From a virus (Duplodnaviria; Caudoviricetes), in IMG/VR virus record IMGVR_UViG_3300005077_000032, positions 1-44,742 of that record: a stretch of 44,742 bases of DNA; one strand, written 5' to 3'. This document shows, piece by piece, positions 22,887-36,637 of this stretch. Numbering within the stretch: the stretch's first letter is position 1; each line of letters opens with the position of its first letter. The position numbers and the translations under genes are program-made. The notes under the pieces were generated by a model. The model saw only the letters and a program-made list of their open reading frames with translations, was not told the DNA's origin and did not search any database.

Positions 22887-24049
22887 TGCCAAATAGAACT
22901 TACATAGACCTTAAAAATGATACTACAAAATACGAAGGAGAGTGAGTTTCCATAGCGAATCGTTATGAAAAAATTCAAGAAACTTTAAATTCTCCGGATG
23001 TAGATCCAATTATTCGAGAGGCTATATTTTATTCACTTTATAATTTTAAGTCATGATATTCTACTTATGCGATGACTTTTAAGAATATGGAAAGTTTAAG
23101 TGGAGAATATCACTCTTCCTATTTTTTGATACAATCTTTGCTTGATAGACTTGAATATTGATCTTCAAGAACAGATGAATTGCTGAGTATATTGAAATCA
23201 TCATCTGCTGAATGACAAGCTCCAGACATTTGAGGTTATGAAAAAAGATTTGAAGAATGAGAAAATAATTTATATGATCAACTTAAATTAATTGATGGAT
23301 TGTACGGAAGAAGCATATCTACAAATCAAGATGTATATAATTCAATAGTTGCAATAGAAAATTTAAATACTAGTATTGCTGAATTAAATACTAGATTCAA
23401 AGGATTGGTATTGCCTTATCAACTTTATTTTGCAAAAAGTACAGAAGATATAGATTATTCTAAAGTTGTTGGAGAAATTATAGGTATAGATAATAATTTA
23501 ATAACAACATTGTCTGATTCTGATTTTGTACAATCAAACAAATTGACTTCATTGACCATTCCAGTCTTGCAGGAGGGTCAATATATGTTAAGAGTTCGAA
23601 ACAAAAATTCTGTATCTATTTTAGAATCATCTCAACTTGAAAATAATTGATATCAAATTGCCGTAAACAGGAGTGATAATTTTGTTGGATGATTGATTGA
23701 TGGAAAATATCCAATCATATATTCAGAGAGTTTGGGAAACAGACAATATAAAGTATATTTGGGAAATCCAAATTTATTGATAGCAAATAAACAAATTTTT
23801 GAAAACTATATAAATCCAATATCCTTAATCCTAGATGTGAAGCCAGACGAAGATAGAATGATATATGATTTCTTTTATGGTCAATATATTGATGAATTTA
23901 AAGAAATATTATCAAATGGAAATCATTTGTATTTGAGAACCATAAAGGACAGAGATGGAACGGTGATCTCGGTTTATCGAATTGAATTAAATTTCAACAC
24001 AAAGACCGATCAGGGCCTTCCAACAATTTATTATCAAAAGGTTAGATAA
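22886..24049 (+). CDS. Hypothetical virion structural protein
   Basis: GTG start overlapping the previous TAG (TAGTG); joins supplied ORFs 23300 and 23693. Confidence 0.65.
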
Positions 24050-27000
24050 TGAAATTCACGATTCAAAATTTAAGAAAAGTCAAAGAGCTAAAACAGAATG
24101 AAAATGTAGAGTTCATTTATGAAACAGGAGAACATGTTCCTGTTATTGTATTCAAGGAATTCTTTAATAAATCATTATGTGTAAAATCTAAAAATGGTGG
24201 AGATCTATATGATTTGAATCCATTTGACAAGAACATTCTAGGTTTCAGATCAAACAGAGTTGGATTGGTTTTTGATACTTTTAAGAACAAAATGACATTA
24301 AAGGAGGATTTTGATAGCAAGGTTGCTTACATGATGAGTCATATTGAAAAATATGCGAATGAATATGCTTCTAAATTAAAGAATCAATTGGGATTTGAAG
24401 ATCAATATTTGGACAAAGAGCGTGACAAATTAATAAATCATATTATATCAATTGCAAAAGATTCAGATCCTACATCTGACAAGGCAGCAAAATATACTCC
24501 TTGAGTTATTAAAATGATCATACAAGCTCTTAGAAATCATAAAGGATTTTCAGACAAAATCTTTAGAAGATATTTAACTACTTTTGATGATATCATTCAA
24601 TATAAAGAATTTACAGGAAAGAAGGACATCAATTCATACAAGAACATTGACGAGTTGCAAGAAACCGTTGATGTAGCAGAAAGCATTGTCAACAAAGTAA
24701 AAAAAGATCGTTGATTAAATAACGAATCAAAATCTGGATATAGAAAGATAGGTGAAAATGGAAAATATTCTGTTTTTGAAATATCCAATGTTGGATCTTG
24801 CATCAAGCACATTACCAGAGATCTCTTGTGATGTGTAAAGAACGAAGTTGATGCTGCTCATTATTTATGAAAACAAAATCCAATAAGAAGTGATTCTATA
24901 ACCATTGATGAGTTGGAAAAAGCCGTTTATGATAAAAAGATATGATTGATTAAAGAAGGAAATGATCCAAAATGATTGTTGGCAGAGTGAACTTTTGAAT
25001 TTGCCAACAATCGCAATTCTCCAGCCGATTTGTTACATGAAGATATATTGATGTTAAGACCAATATTTAAAAACATAAAAACAGAAAAAAAACATGAATT
25101 TCAACAAATGAAAGAGCGAAATATGTGGCATGTCATAAACTGATTAGCGATCATGCCAGAGTTATGAAATTGAGTTGATAATAAAGAATGATATATTAAT
25201 ATGTTTCAACAAAAATATGGACATGAACTCCTTCCAGAAGAATTAGAAGACATAGCGAGACGAGAAAGAGAAAATAGAATGAAAATTTCTAATAAAAGAG
25301 AATTCGTTAACATGGTAAACACAAAAGAAATAACCGATGAAGAAACAATTCAAGAAAGATTTGAAAATATCAGATGAGATGAAAGTTTGTTTTCAAAATT
25401 AGATGTTTCCTTGATGAAAAAATATGCTAAATATATTGACTTTGATGAATATATCGATGAATTTTTTGGAGATGCAGGTAATCAGTATATTGTACATTGA
25501 ATTGATAATAATAATGATTCTGTTTTGCATTATTTAAAAGAGCGCACATCCAATGTGTTTGTTGAATACATTGCAAAGCAAATTGTTAATTTTGTGGTGA
25601 GCAGAAGAATGTATTGACCATTGGAAAGAACATATATTGAACAAACAGAAAAGATCGCAATTGCTGTCTATCAAAATTTACTTAAAGAATTAGATAAAAG
25701 TATGCATTTCCCGCTCTTGTCAATTTGATATACTATGCAAAATGGAAAGGCTGATGGCGTATATGCATTCAATAATGATTTGTATAATGTTGAAGATTTT
25801 GAAATGGCATGATCTTCGATAGATGACTTTTCTGATTATTGAGATGTTTCTGAGCTTGATTATTCAAAGATGATTGTTGATACATTCAATAAATTATATT
25901 TTGAAATTGAAGAGGATGATGTAATTTCATATGATTTTATCAAAATCAACATGGCACCAATAATAGCCGAACATGATTTGGCATCTGAAGATCTTTCGAT
26001 GTTGATAATTCAAAAACTTTCAGATGACAAATTGCAAGAAAAAGCTATAGATCTTGCTATGGCACTTTCGGAAAATGGTGTTAAAATAGATGGATTCAAA
26101 GAAATCATTAACAAACATCCAGATTTGCTCGATGACATGGATTGAGAGATTGCAAGAAAAATATTTGCTCCAAAAAAAGGAGAGGTTGGTTTTCAAGAAA
26201 AACTTCCATTGGAAGAAGATTGGGAATCAAAAATGAAGAAGGTATTTGATCCAGCCATCGTGAAATTGGCAAACAAGATGGCTGAAAAGGGTCAACATGT
26301 GGAACCAGAGAAAAGAGAAGAATATGCAAGAGAAATATTAGAACATTATAGAAATGTTTTAATATATGGAGATCCAACATTTCCAAAAGGAAAATATATG
26401 CATTGAATTTACGCGCAACTTGCAAATAGATCGCTTGAAAATTCTGGTTATATGAGATACTATTATGCGTATGCAATTAAAGAACAAATACAAAGATTCA
26501 TAAGAAATTCAAGACTTGAAGAGTTTGAAGAATCAAAGAACATCAATGATTATAATTTTAAAGAATTGAAAGATATTAATAAAGAATACGATGGAATAGT
26601 ATCTTTCAAAGAAATGCAAAAAAATTACAAACCAAATGCTGTTTATAAAGATTGAAAATTTTATGTTTTAAGCAATTTACAACAAGTAACCGATTTATGT
26701 GCTGGATCTACATGATGCGTGAAAGATGAAGAGTCTGCATGAAGCTATTTGTATCCAGATCATGAAAGAATAACGGAACCTAGCGATGAAGAATGACAAT
26801 CGTATGTGGAATCGCAAGCTGATGGTGTTTGGGAAGATTTAAAATATGATATCGATAATTCTTCATACTGAGATGATTTTTTGGAATATTTGAAAGAGAA
26901 TGATCTTATCGATGAACAAGAAGACGAAGATGATGAAATTTCAGATGGGGACAAGGCTAGATATATTCGCTTGTATGCAAAAGATTTTGCAAGCGAACAT

Positions 27001-27840
27001 GCGTCAAATAATGCCGATTGGAATGAATTTGTAAGTGAGTGAGCAAAAGAAGATCATGGTGATGAACCATATGAAGGAAACGATCTATTGTTGTTCACCA
27101 ATAGAAATAGAAGAAAATATTTGATTGGAATAAATGATAATTCTACCGAGTTTAATGACGCTGACAATTATGGAATAGATTTGTCCGATGAAGATTATAT
27201 ACGAGATTTGAAGATCATGCAGAAATTAATTACGAATTCTGATTATCATATCGGTGTTGAATTTACAATCAAAGAATCAGAAGACAGCATTGCTGCATGA
27301 TTGTTGGACATGAAAGTTTGACACAAAGATCCGATGACAGCAATTCGAAAAATTAAAGAAGTATTAAAAAATTATCCCATGACACTTCCTCTTGTAGAAG
27401 ATTTTGTGAAAATAAATAAAGACAATGTTCAAGATTGGAAAGAATATTATTCTGGATATTTTGAAAAATTAAAATCAGGTTCATTTTTTCAAAATGTAGA
27501 TAAAAATTATAAAAATGAAGATGATGTGTTAAAAAGAATAAAAAAGACAAACGATACCATGTTGATGCATTACAAGCATTTTACGCAACAAATATTAAAC
27601 ATTGAAGAAATACCAAGATGAAAATCTATGGAAGATGAATTGTTGAGAACAAAAGATTATGAAAATTTATTAAACTATGTATACATATTAAAACAAAGAA
27701 TTCCAGAAATAGAACAGGCTTTGAAAGAAAGTCCAGAACATATGAAAAAATATATTGAATTCATGAAAAGAGAATTCTTGCTTGATAGACAACAAAATTT
27801 ACCATTAGAAGATGAGGAAAAGACAATAAATGTCCAGTAG
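24049..27840 (+). CDS. Large (1263 aa) multidomain protein with two divergent DPxPxKKY/WC modules
   Basis: LKEDFDSK...DPTSDKAAKYTPW...KKDINSY...LLWCVKN and LEEDWESK...DPTFPKGKYMHW...SKNINDY...CAGSTWCVKD; eight supplied ORFs in one frame. Confidence 0.78.
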
Positions 27841-30800
27841 ATCATATACGCTGAATTCATTATCATCGCATGAAAAAGTCCTTGCTTCTTTGTCGAAAAG
27901 AAATGCAAAAAGAATAAGAGAAAATATTGATTTTTCATCATTTTCAAATTTTGTGTATTTTGGATCTGCCTTGTATGAAGTCAATTATGCAATCAACGAG
28001 ATATTGGACTTTTATCCTTCGTTTGAAAAATGAGGAGTTTCAGCAACGAATCTTGTAGTTACTGCCGATGATAGTTTCGTTGCTGAATATTTGGGTTGGA
28101 AATATGATTCAGATCCATTCTCTGTTTATCTCGCAAATCGAATAGCAACAACTTCAATAACAGCTACGATTACTGGAGCAACCTATGCTTCTTCGAGCGC
28201 ACAATCTTATAGTTTTGTAATTCCATTTTTGCATAGACAATATTTAAATCAATGATATTTTAGCTCAGATGCTGTAGTTTCGGAAGTAAATTCTTGGATT
28301 GCATCAGCTACAGATTATGATGTATACAATTTAGGAAAGTTGACCGATTTTCTTCCTGATGTGATGACTCAACAAGATGATGAATTTGATACATTGATAA
28401 AGGCAATTGCAAAACAGTTTGATGATTTGTATATTACAATGAAAGATATCAAAAATCTATATGCAATGGAATATCAATTTGATAATTTACCAAATGATTT
28501 CATATTGAATCAATTTATAGATTCTTTAGGATTTAGAAGAGTATATGATCTAACCGAAAAGAATTTAATAGATTATTATCAAGCTGTTCATGGAACAACT
28601 TATTCTGGAGTTGATATATCAAGGTATTTCAAAGCTGCATTTGTAAACAATATTTCGGGAATCATAAAGTCCAAAGGAACAAGAAAAGCAGTTAGAATGC
28701 TTGGGAACATTTTTGGATGACCAGAAAATTTAATTCAGATCAATGAATATATTACCATTTCAAAGGATGCACCATCATCAGGATTTACATATCATAATTG
28801 AACATATCAACCAGTAAATATTCCAGTTAAGACTCTTTATGGTGGATCTCAAAAATTTCAGGCGGCACCAAGCGAACCTAATTTTATAGTAACACATTTT
28901 ACATTTCCAGATTTTTATAAATTAAGAAATGGTACGATTGACTCAAATATTGATGGAATGGAAATTATTACATTAGTATATGATGGAGGTGGAGTAGAGA
29001 ATAAGGCTTATATAAACTATTCTTCAAGTGCAATAGGAATGATGGGAACACCAATGGCATTTCCTGCTACTGATAGTACATTTGATTATGTAACAACAGA
29101 CACAATATTTACTCTATCTTATGATTTAAAAGTTGGTGTTGCTTATTTGTCATATTATTCTCCTATTATAAATCATAAGATAGAAGATTCATCTACGGCC
29201 AAATCAATAGGAACTATATATTCATTATCAGCAAATGTGGGAACTTCAGCATCTCCGATTGCAACATGATACAATTTAATTATTGATTATCATGGAAATG
29301 AATGATTAAACACTCTTGGAGTTAAAATATATGTAAATTCAAATCCTGTAACTATTGCTTCATTGTCTTCGTTAATCATGGACTATCAGACATTAAAATG
29401 AAATTCAAATAATCCATATGGATATTGAGAAATTCCTAGCATTCCACAATACGGAGAAGCGATTACTCATTATGTTGATAAAATAGGAAAAGAAAATGCC
29501 ATTGCTGCAATTTCTCCATCTTCTGCCGAATTAAAAACAATTTATGTATTAAAAGCTCAAGAGATGAAATTTTCTGCTGGAGTTGCCATTGATCCTATTG
29601 GAATATATGTAGATAAAGATGGAAATGTATCAAATTATTTAAGATCAAACAATAGATTAGAAATTATTTGTTCTCCAACAAAAATAATTAATGATTTTAT
29701 TCAAAATTTATTGACAAATTATAATATAGATGATCTATATGGAAAAGCAAGCGATTTATACGAACCAAATTATTCAAAATTAACTACATTGATGGATACA
29801 ATTAATGCCTTCTTGTCTGCCTATAGTTCATATTTCGACTTTCAGACATTTTATAAGGTTTTAAAGACACAATATCCAGAAAATATCATAAAAATGATAA
29901 TCGAATTCTTGGTTCCAGCAAAAAGTGATGTGGAAGGCGGAATTTTAGTTGAAAACGACATGCTTTATGACAAAAAATATGCTTGAAAGAAACCACAATG
30001 TTCAGACGAAGAATTACAGCATTCAATTTATCAAGAAAAAACAAGCAATTCATTAATAGTTGATGAATCGGTAATTTTTAAAGAAATATTGAAAAATCAA
30101 GCTAGTGAACAGTCTGAATCTTCTGAAGAGGTTGTTGTATCTGTTTTGGAATCACTTTATAACATATATGAATCAAACAAAATTCAAAATATTCAAAACT
30201 CTGCCGTAAATCAATTGGATAATGTAGATTGTAATCATGTAATTCAAAAAACATCATCAGCAGTAACAATAAGTGAATGTACAATAGCAAGTCCATCAAA
30301 CAATTTATCACTTTCTTCATATGAAAATCGATATCTTATAAGTTCGTCTTGAGGATTAAACGATTATCAAGGAAATGAAACTAGTGTGAATAGCATAACT
30401 GGATTGTTTAAGTTTGGTGAGACTTTGACGAATTCAAATTGGATTATAGAAAATGCTTATGAAGAAAAAATAGCACATTCAGAAATATCTCAGTTGAATA
30501 TGTCATGAAATAAAACAGAAATGAAAAACAATGATGAATATGGAACATTAAATTTAAGCTTAACAAGATATGGCAATCAAAGTCCAAATGCAAAAATAAA
30601 ATTAATTATACCATCAAGAACAGAGAGTGATTTAGAACCAATTATTGTATTTTCAAATGTCTATTCTGCATCTGGAGATATTGGATATCCATCATTGTCT
30701 ACTGCAACAGAACTGACAATAAAATTAGGTTCTGATGGATTTAGACATTTGAATTATTCGCTTAATGTTCCAGAAATTGCATCTTCGGCAATTTCAAATG

Positions 30801-31309
30801 CATCTACGATAGTTAATTTTGGAAATTTAGGCCCAAGCGCAACTCCTATTACAATGCCTGTAATTGGAAATAATGCGTTTTTGGGTGATGCTGGAAATTT
30901 ATTGTCGTTTATTATCGAAGAAGATCAAAATATGCATTCATCTTATGCTAAGTGTGAGATAATAAAAAATAAAATTATTAAATTGAGCGTAATAGAAGTG
31001 CCTTATGTAGTATATAATATTATAGATGCATTGACATCAAATTCAAATATCAACAATTTTGTAACATTGGATCTGTCATCTTTATATTTGGCAAGGGATA
31101 ATTCTACATCTGATCTTGATTGAATGTCAAAAACTGTTGGAGAATTCAAATTACAGAATGGATTAGGAGAGATGTCAACAATAAAAAATAAAGATTATGA
31201 TATTCAGGCATTGAACATATATAATTATGAGAAAAAGCAATTTAGAATTACTCCAAGAGTTGATTCGATTGCCATAGATGAAAATCAACCGATTAAAGAA
31301 ACAACATAA
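27830..31309 (+). CDS. Large baseplate wedge protein (gp7 / P2 gpI-like)
   Basis: DFSSFSNFVYFGSA; LPD...IAKQFDDLY; IIKSKGTRKAVRMLGNIFGW; seven supplied ORFs in one frame, 1159 aa. Confidence 0.75.
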
Positions 31310-31324
31310 TAGGAGAAGTGGAAT

Positions 31325-31909
31325 ATGTTTTTGTCAAGTACAGGAAACATTATAGAAGCTAGATTGACCCGTGCTGGTCGTGAAGCTTTGGCAAGGGGAG
31401 AATTCAACATCACTCAATTTGCATTATCAGATGACGGAGTTAATTACAATCTGTATGATTCAACATTGGGAGATAATGCCGATGCTCAAATTTTAGCACT
31501 TCCAGTTTTGGAAGCTAATACAAATGATAATTCTGCATTGCAAAACTTGTTGATCACTATGGATGATGGAACTCAAATAATGACATTCATAACTGTTAAT
31601 GGAACTCCAGCCATTACTTCAACAAGTCCAAGATGTACATTATTCATAAAAACAAATAATGTTGAAGACATTTCAGAGAATTATTCAATTATAGATTTAA
31701 ACAACGAATTGTCATTCACACAAAATATTAAAGTAACACAAGATAAAGCATCTGGTGGCGGTGTTAATATGATCTTGGAATATAGTTCAAATTCAAACAT
31801 TTCAGAAAGTACAACATATACATTCAAGGTTCAGGGGCAGAAATCCGGTGTTCAGTCGGACACTATCACCATGACGGTTGCTGCATGAATTCCCGCTCCA
31901 ACAGCTTAA
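31325..31909 (+). CDS. Baseplate/tail-collar-like structural protein
   Basis: ARLTRAGREALARGEFNITQFALSDDGVNY resembles the tail-collar fibre N-terminal pattern (LTxxG..LA...IT.FA..D); SD AGGAG. Confidence 0.65.
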
Positions 31910-31928
31910 TCAAAAAGGATAAAGGAAA

Positions 31929-32918
31929 ATGAGATACACATATAAGAAGTTTGAAACAGATGATGTCGTTCTTCAAGAAAATGATCCAACATATTTCTTA
32001 TGATATTTGGCAAATGATGGAACTGGAACTGATGGATCTGGGGACAAATGGGTAAATTCTAGTATTTCTGGATGGATCAAACATGCCATTGCTATGACGG
32101 GATCAACTGCTGCATTGTCTGGATCTAACGGGTCTGTTTTGGACGGAAATATAACAAGCAAAGAAATATATAATGTTATAGGAACAAAATATTTTGCGCT
32201 TGATGATCCAACAACGGATCTAATTCAATGAAGTGGAAGTTCAATTTCAAAATTTTATGTAATTATGATAAATTCACAATTGTTTTTAGATAGACTAAGA
32301 CAAAGTGGTACTACTTTTGATCTAAAATGAACAAATAATAGTTGAACTACTACTGGATATAAATTTAGACTAGTAAATGATAGTTCGACAGCAACAGTAT
32401 ATGACCCGGCACAGGCTTCTATTTACTATCATGGTAATCATGGATCTTTGTCTTCAACAAAAGTTGGAACTGCATTTTTGGATGATGGATTGCTTTGTTT
32501 TATGATTGCAGGAAATGAAACTGTAACTGGCTTATTAAGAGCTATATTTGACGAAACAACCTCTCCATTGACTGCTGCACAAAACCTACCAGCATTTATT
32601 AATTCTGTAGCAGCAAGTTCAGTATGTCAAGGAATTACAGCTAATTCAATTGAATATCAAAATAGCTATATTTATTTCTGCGAAGCGAAAAATAAAGAAT
32701 TTAATTATTCATTAAATACAACTTGATCAGTTACAGCATCTCCATATGTTGGAACTAGAAGGGTTAGAGATGCATTTACAATCACTCCAAAGACATATAT
32801 TACTGGAGTTGGGTTATATGATGATAACGGTCAACTTTTAGCTGTTGCAAAAGCAAACATTCCAAGAAAGAAGGATAGGTATAATAGAGCATTGTTTAAG
32901 GTTAAAATTACCTTATAA
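31929..32918 (+). CDS. Baseplate/tail-collar-like structural protein, paralog 1
   Basis: EFNYSLN...PKTYITGVGLYDDNGQLLAVAK C-terminal motif. Confidence 0.7.
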
Positions 32919-32926
32919 GGAATTAA

Positions 32927-34027
32927 ATGAAAGTTCAACATGACAGAGAATACATATATCATCAAATACCAACCTCGTCAGTTCCAATTGTAGAGAGGAT
33001 AGAATATCTATATGAAAACAATGATATAAAGTTTGATTCTAATAATAATAATGTTCCATTGTACATAGAAGCATTTACGGCAAGAACCTTATCGTCTAGA
33101 ACCGATCCTGACGATAAGGTTTTTTTTAGAGGATTTGATAATGGACATTCATTGTCTGGAAGTTGGTTTTGGGCCGATAATATTTTTTATCAATTACAAT
33201 CACAATTTTTTAAGACAGATGCTTATAATAATAGATCATATATAACAAATCCATGAACTGGAGCTTCTGTGTCTTCTTTACATTGTATTGCTTTTTCAAA
33301 TCATTTATTCAAAGATAAATTGGATAGTTTTAATTCAGATATTATTATTTCAATTACTGGAGATTTGGAAAATTCTTGGTATATTGGATATAGTGAATAT
33401 GATACTACTACATTCATTTATACTTCTGACATGACAACTATGGCTACAATAACTAACCTTACAAAAGCAGAAGATGGATTGAAAGTTCAAGAATGAGATG
33501 ATATGGAATTAGATTATGTCTACATTCAGGCAAAAGTATTTTATAATAGCAATTCGTTTTATAGAATTTCTGGAGTTTTATTCAAAGATTATGGATTGAT
33601 AATGTTGTTTAATGACATAGATTCTTGACCACAATTTGAAACTGCAAGACTGACAAACAAGAATGATAGTAATTTAGGATCAACGGCAAATCCGGCAGTT
33701 TGATGAAATATTCTTGAACAAAGAATTAAATATAATTATGTTCAATATTATTATGATTATAAAGTTACAATCAATATACCATGAGATAGAGCAAATTATA
33801 CATCTAATCAAACAGTAAAAAGTTTAAGTGGAAATTATATGTTTAATAAAATAAATGATCTTAACGAATTGGCAAAAATGGAAAAAACACTTCATCCAAA
33901 AACATATATTTCTACAATTTCATTGATGAATGATAAAAATGATGTAATGGCAATTTGTAAATTTCCACATCCAATAAAAAAAGATTTTTTAAATGAATAT
34001 GATTTTAACATAAGGATTAGAAGATAA
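32927..34027 (+). CDS. Baseplate/tail-collar-like structural protein, paralog 2
   Basis: ANYTSN...PKTYISTISLMNDKNDVMAICKFPHPIKK C-terminal motif. Confidence 0.68.
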
Positions 34028-34413
34028 TGTCAGTACCAAGCGGAATGCAAGTTGGATTACCCGTTAGCGCAGCAGATGTGAGATATATATATGAAGCATT
34101 AACTGCTGGCGAGCAGGAAATAAACATAGGCACTATATTTTTAAATATTATGTGTGCTAGTTCTGATCCTATTTATATTCATTCTTTAGATTTGATAGAT
34201 TCTACTGAATCAAACAGAGAAAAAACTTCGTTAACAGATATAAATGATATATTTAATTTATATAGTATGAGTGCGATGTCAACTAATCATGGTCATATAA
34301 AAAAGATTTCTTGAATAGATTCAAATTTAAGAATTTATAAATTAACAGCTATATGTATGCAAAAAGGAATATCAACATATACTTGAGTAGAAATTTCGAG
34401 AGGAATTGGATAA
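34027..34413 (+). CDS. Hypothetical tail-associated protein
   Basis: TAATG coupling on both sides; N-terminus (ADVRYIYEALTAG) resembles that of the next gene (SHVTSIYTQLTDG). Confidence 0.62.
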
Positions 34414-34826
34414 TGTCATGAATTGAAGTTCCAGCAACTTTATATAGTGATAAAGCAGTAACATCGGATGCGTCACATGTTACTAGTATCTATACACAAT
34501 TAACTGATGGCACAAGAGAATTTATTGCAAATACTATTGTTTGCAAGGATTTTATATGTAATTCTTTTACTGGTTGCGTCTCTGATATGTTTAAATTAGT
34601 ATTACTTCCTATTGATTCTACCATTATAGGAAATTATTCTCAAAATATAGATTATATATTAAAATCACAAGAGTATCATCCAGACAAGTATCAAAATAAA
34701 ATATTAAATTTTGTTGGAATAAATTATTCTTATGCTTATAATAATTTTTCAGCAACTGTTCAATCTTTAAAAAATCAATATAATGTTTGAGAGTGAAATT
34801 TAGTAGGAATTTATCAATGGAACTAA
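34413..34826 (+). CDS. Hypothetical tail-associated protein
   Basis: MSWIEVP... (codon 3 is TGA); ends at TAA 34824. Confidence 0.62.
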
Positions 34827-35734
34827 TATCATCAGTAAATATTCAAAATGGATATACTCCTTATATTAATGCATATACAAATATTTATTCATATTTGACT
34901 GGATATAGTGGTTTTGGAATTGGAGATGATTCATATGCAATATCTGCTTATAGTACAACTGGCGCTATCAATCATGTTATAATTGAAAATCTTTCTGCCT
35001 CTCAAATTTGATTACATGATTCTTCATATGCAAATGGAAATGTAATAAGTGGTAGTAGTACAAGTGTAATTTTTGGAATTAGTGCTGTTACTGGAGATTA
35101 TGGAGTTTATCTTGTCGGAGATCATTTGCAACCAAATTGAGCTGTCACTGCTGATTATGATAATTCTACATATCAAAGAATATTAAAATATTTTTCTTGA
35201 TCTTATTGAATCCAAGATGCAGCATCGGCATCAGTTAGCGGATGTTTTGCGTATCCAACTGATGATATTAATGGAAAAACAAAAGTTGGTGATACAATAA
35301 GCGCATATCCAGCATCAAAATATTTTTGCGTATCTGCCACATCATGAAATATAGATCCGTCAAATTCATTAAATCAAAATGAATCATATTTAATTTATAA
35401 AATAGATAGTGGAGAAAATATATTTTGTTCAGCAACATATGCTAATGGGTCAAATTATTTTTGAGTAGTTTCTTTGAGAGGTATTGCGACTGGATCGATA
35501 GTAGATTGATATCTTTATTTAACAGAAACATGATCTTCAAAAAATACAAGCACTCAATCTGGATCTGGAACCTTTAGAATAGATGATGAAAATATTAATT
35601 CTGCATCTGGAAATACATATGGTGGCACAAGAGGGGACGCTCCAATTACCGGAGCAAGAAGTAGTTTGGCTCAATCTATTGGAAATTCTTCTAACTTTAA
35701 ATGAGTTGAATTTTGTGGAGTAAATTGAATATAA
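34817..35734 (+). CDS. Ser/Gly/Tyr-rich beta-structured virion protein (possible receptor-binding/fibre component)
   Basis: 305 aa open frame under code 4 with many TGA; TAATG coupling downstream. Confidence 0.62.
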
Positions 35735-36630
35735 TGCATTATAATTTTGTAAATAAAAATGATTTTCAAAGAATGACAAATTCCGGCATGTCTGGATATA
35801 ATGGAAGTGTTTCATATTATACTTCTTTTGTTCCAATTGGTAAAAAATCATTGAGAACAAAAGAGCTTCATAGTATTGAAACCATAACTTCTTCTGGAGA
35901 TCTTGCTTTGGTCGGGCCATATTTGATTTCTAGTTCTAATTTTGCTCCATATAAAAATTATTTTGATGGACTATATCCAGATTTCTTTGATTGAGATTCA
36001 AATTCTTCTGCTGCCATCGTGGTTCTTCCTCATGGAGATGGAATTGTATTGCAATCAATTAATTATACATTTAATAATGTAGCGGCAACTGGTTCTGTTT
36101 ATGATTTCTTAACAACTTCGGCAAATGAAAATTTTCCCGTACATTATAAAAAGATAGGATATTTGCAGACAGCTATTGACAATTTGATAAAAGGTTATAT
36201 ATTATATGGTGATGGAGTCTGCATTTTCTTTAATGAAATAGCAAATTCATTAAGTTCATTTGAATCTGGTGATTCCTTACAGTTTTCTACAATTTTAGAT
36301 CAGCACGAAATGACATATAGTTGTTTGGTTGATGGAGAAAAAATTTGATCTTCAAGCAATTCAACATATTGAAGTTCGATAGATGAATCAAATACAGCAG
36401 TTACCAGTTCATTAACCGCTTATTGAAATGAAAATAATTATTCAAATAATACTATTGCAAATAGTGCCTCTGCATGAATGATCATTGAACAAAATGACAA
36501 GCCAGTCTTCGTTACTTCAATAGGACTATATAATAATAAGAATGAGTGTCTGGCGGTTGCGACATTGGCCGAACCATTTAGGATATTGGAGAATTTTGAT
36601 ATAACATTCTTGGTTAAATTTAGATTTTAG
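35734..36630 (+). CDS. Baseplate/tail-collar-like structural protein, paralog 3
   Basis: KPVFVTSIGLYNNKNECLAVATLAEP C-terminal motif. Confidence 0.7.
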
Positions 36631-36637
36631 GTGATTT

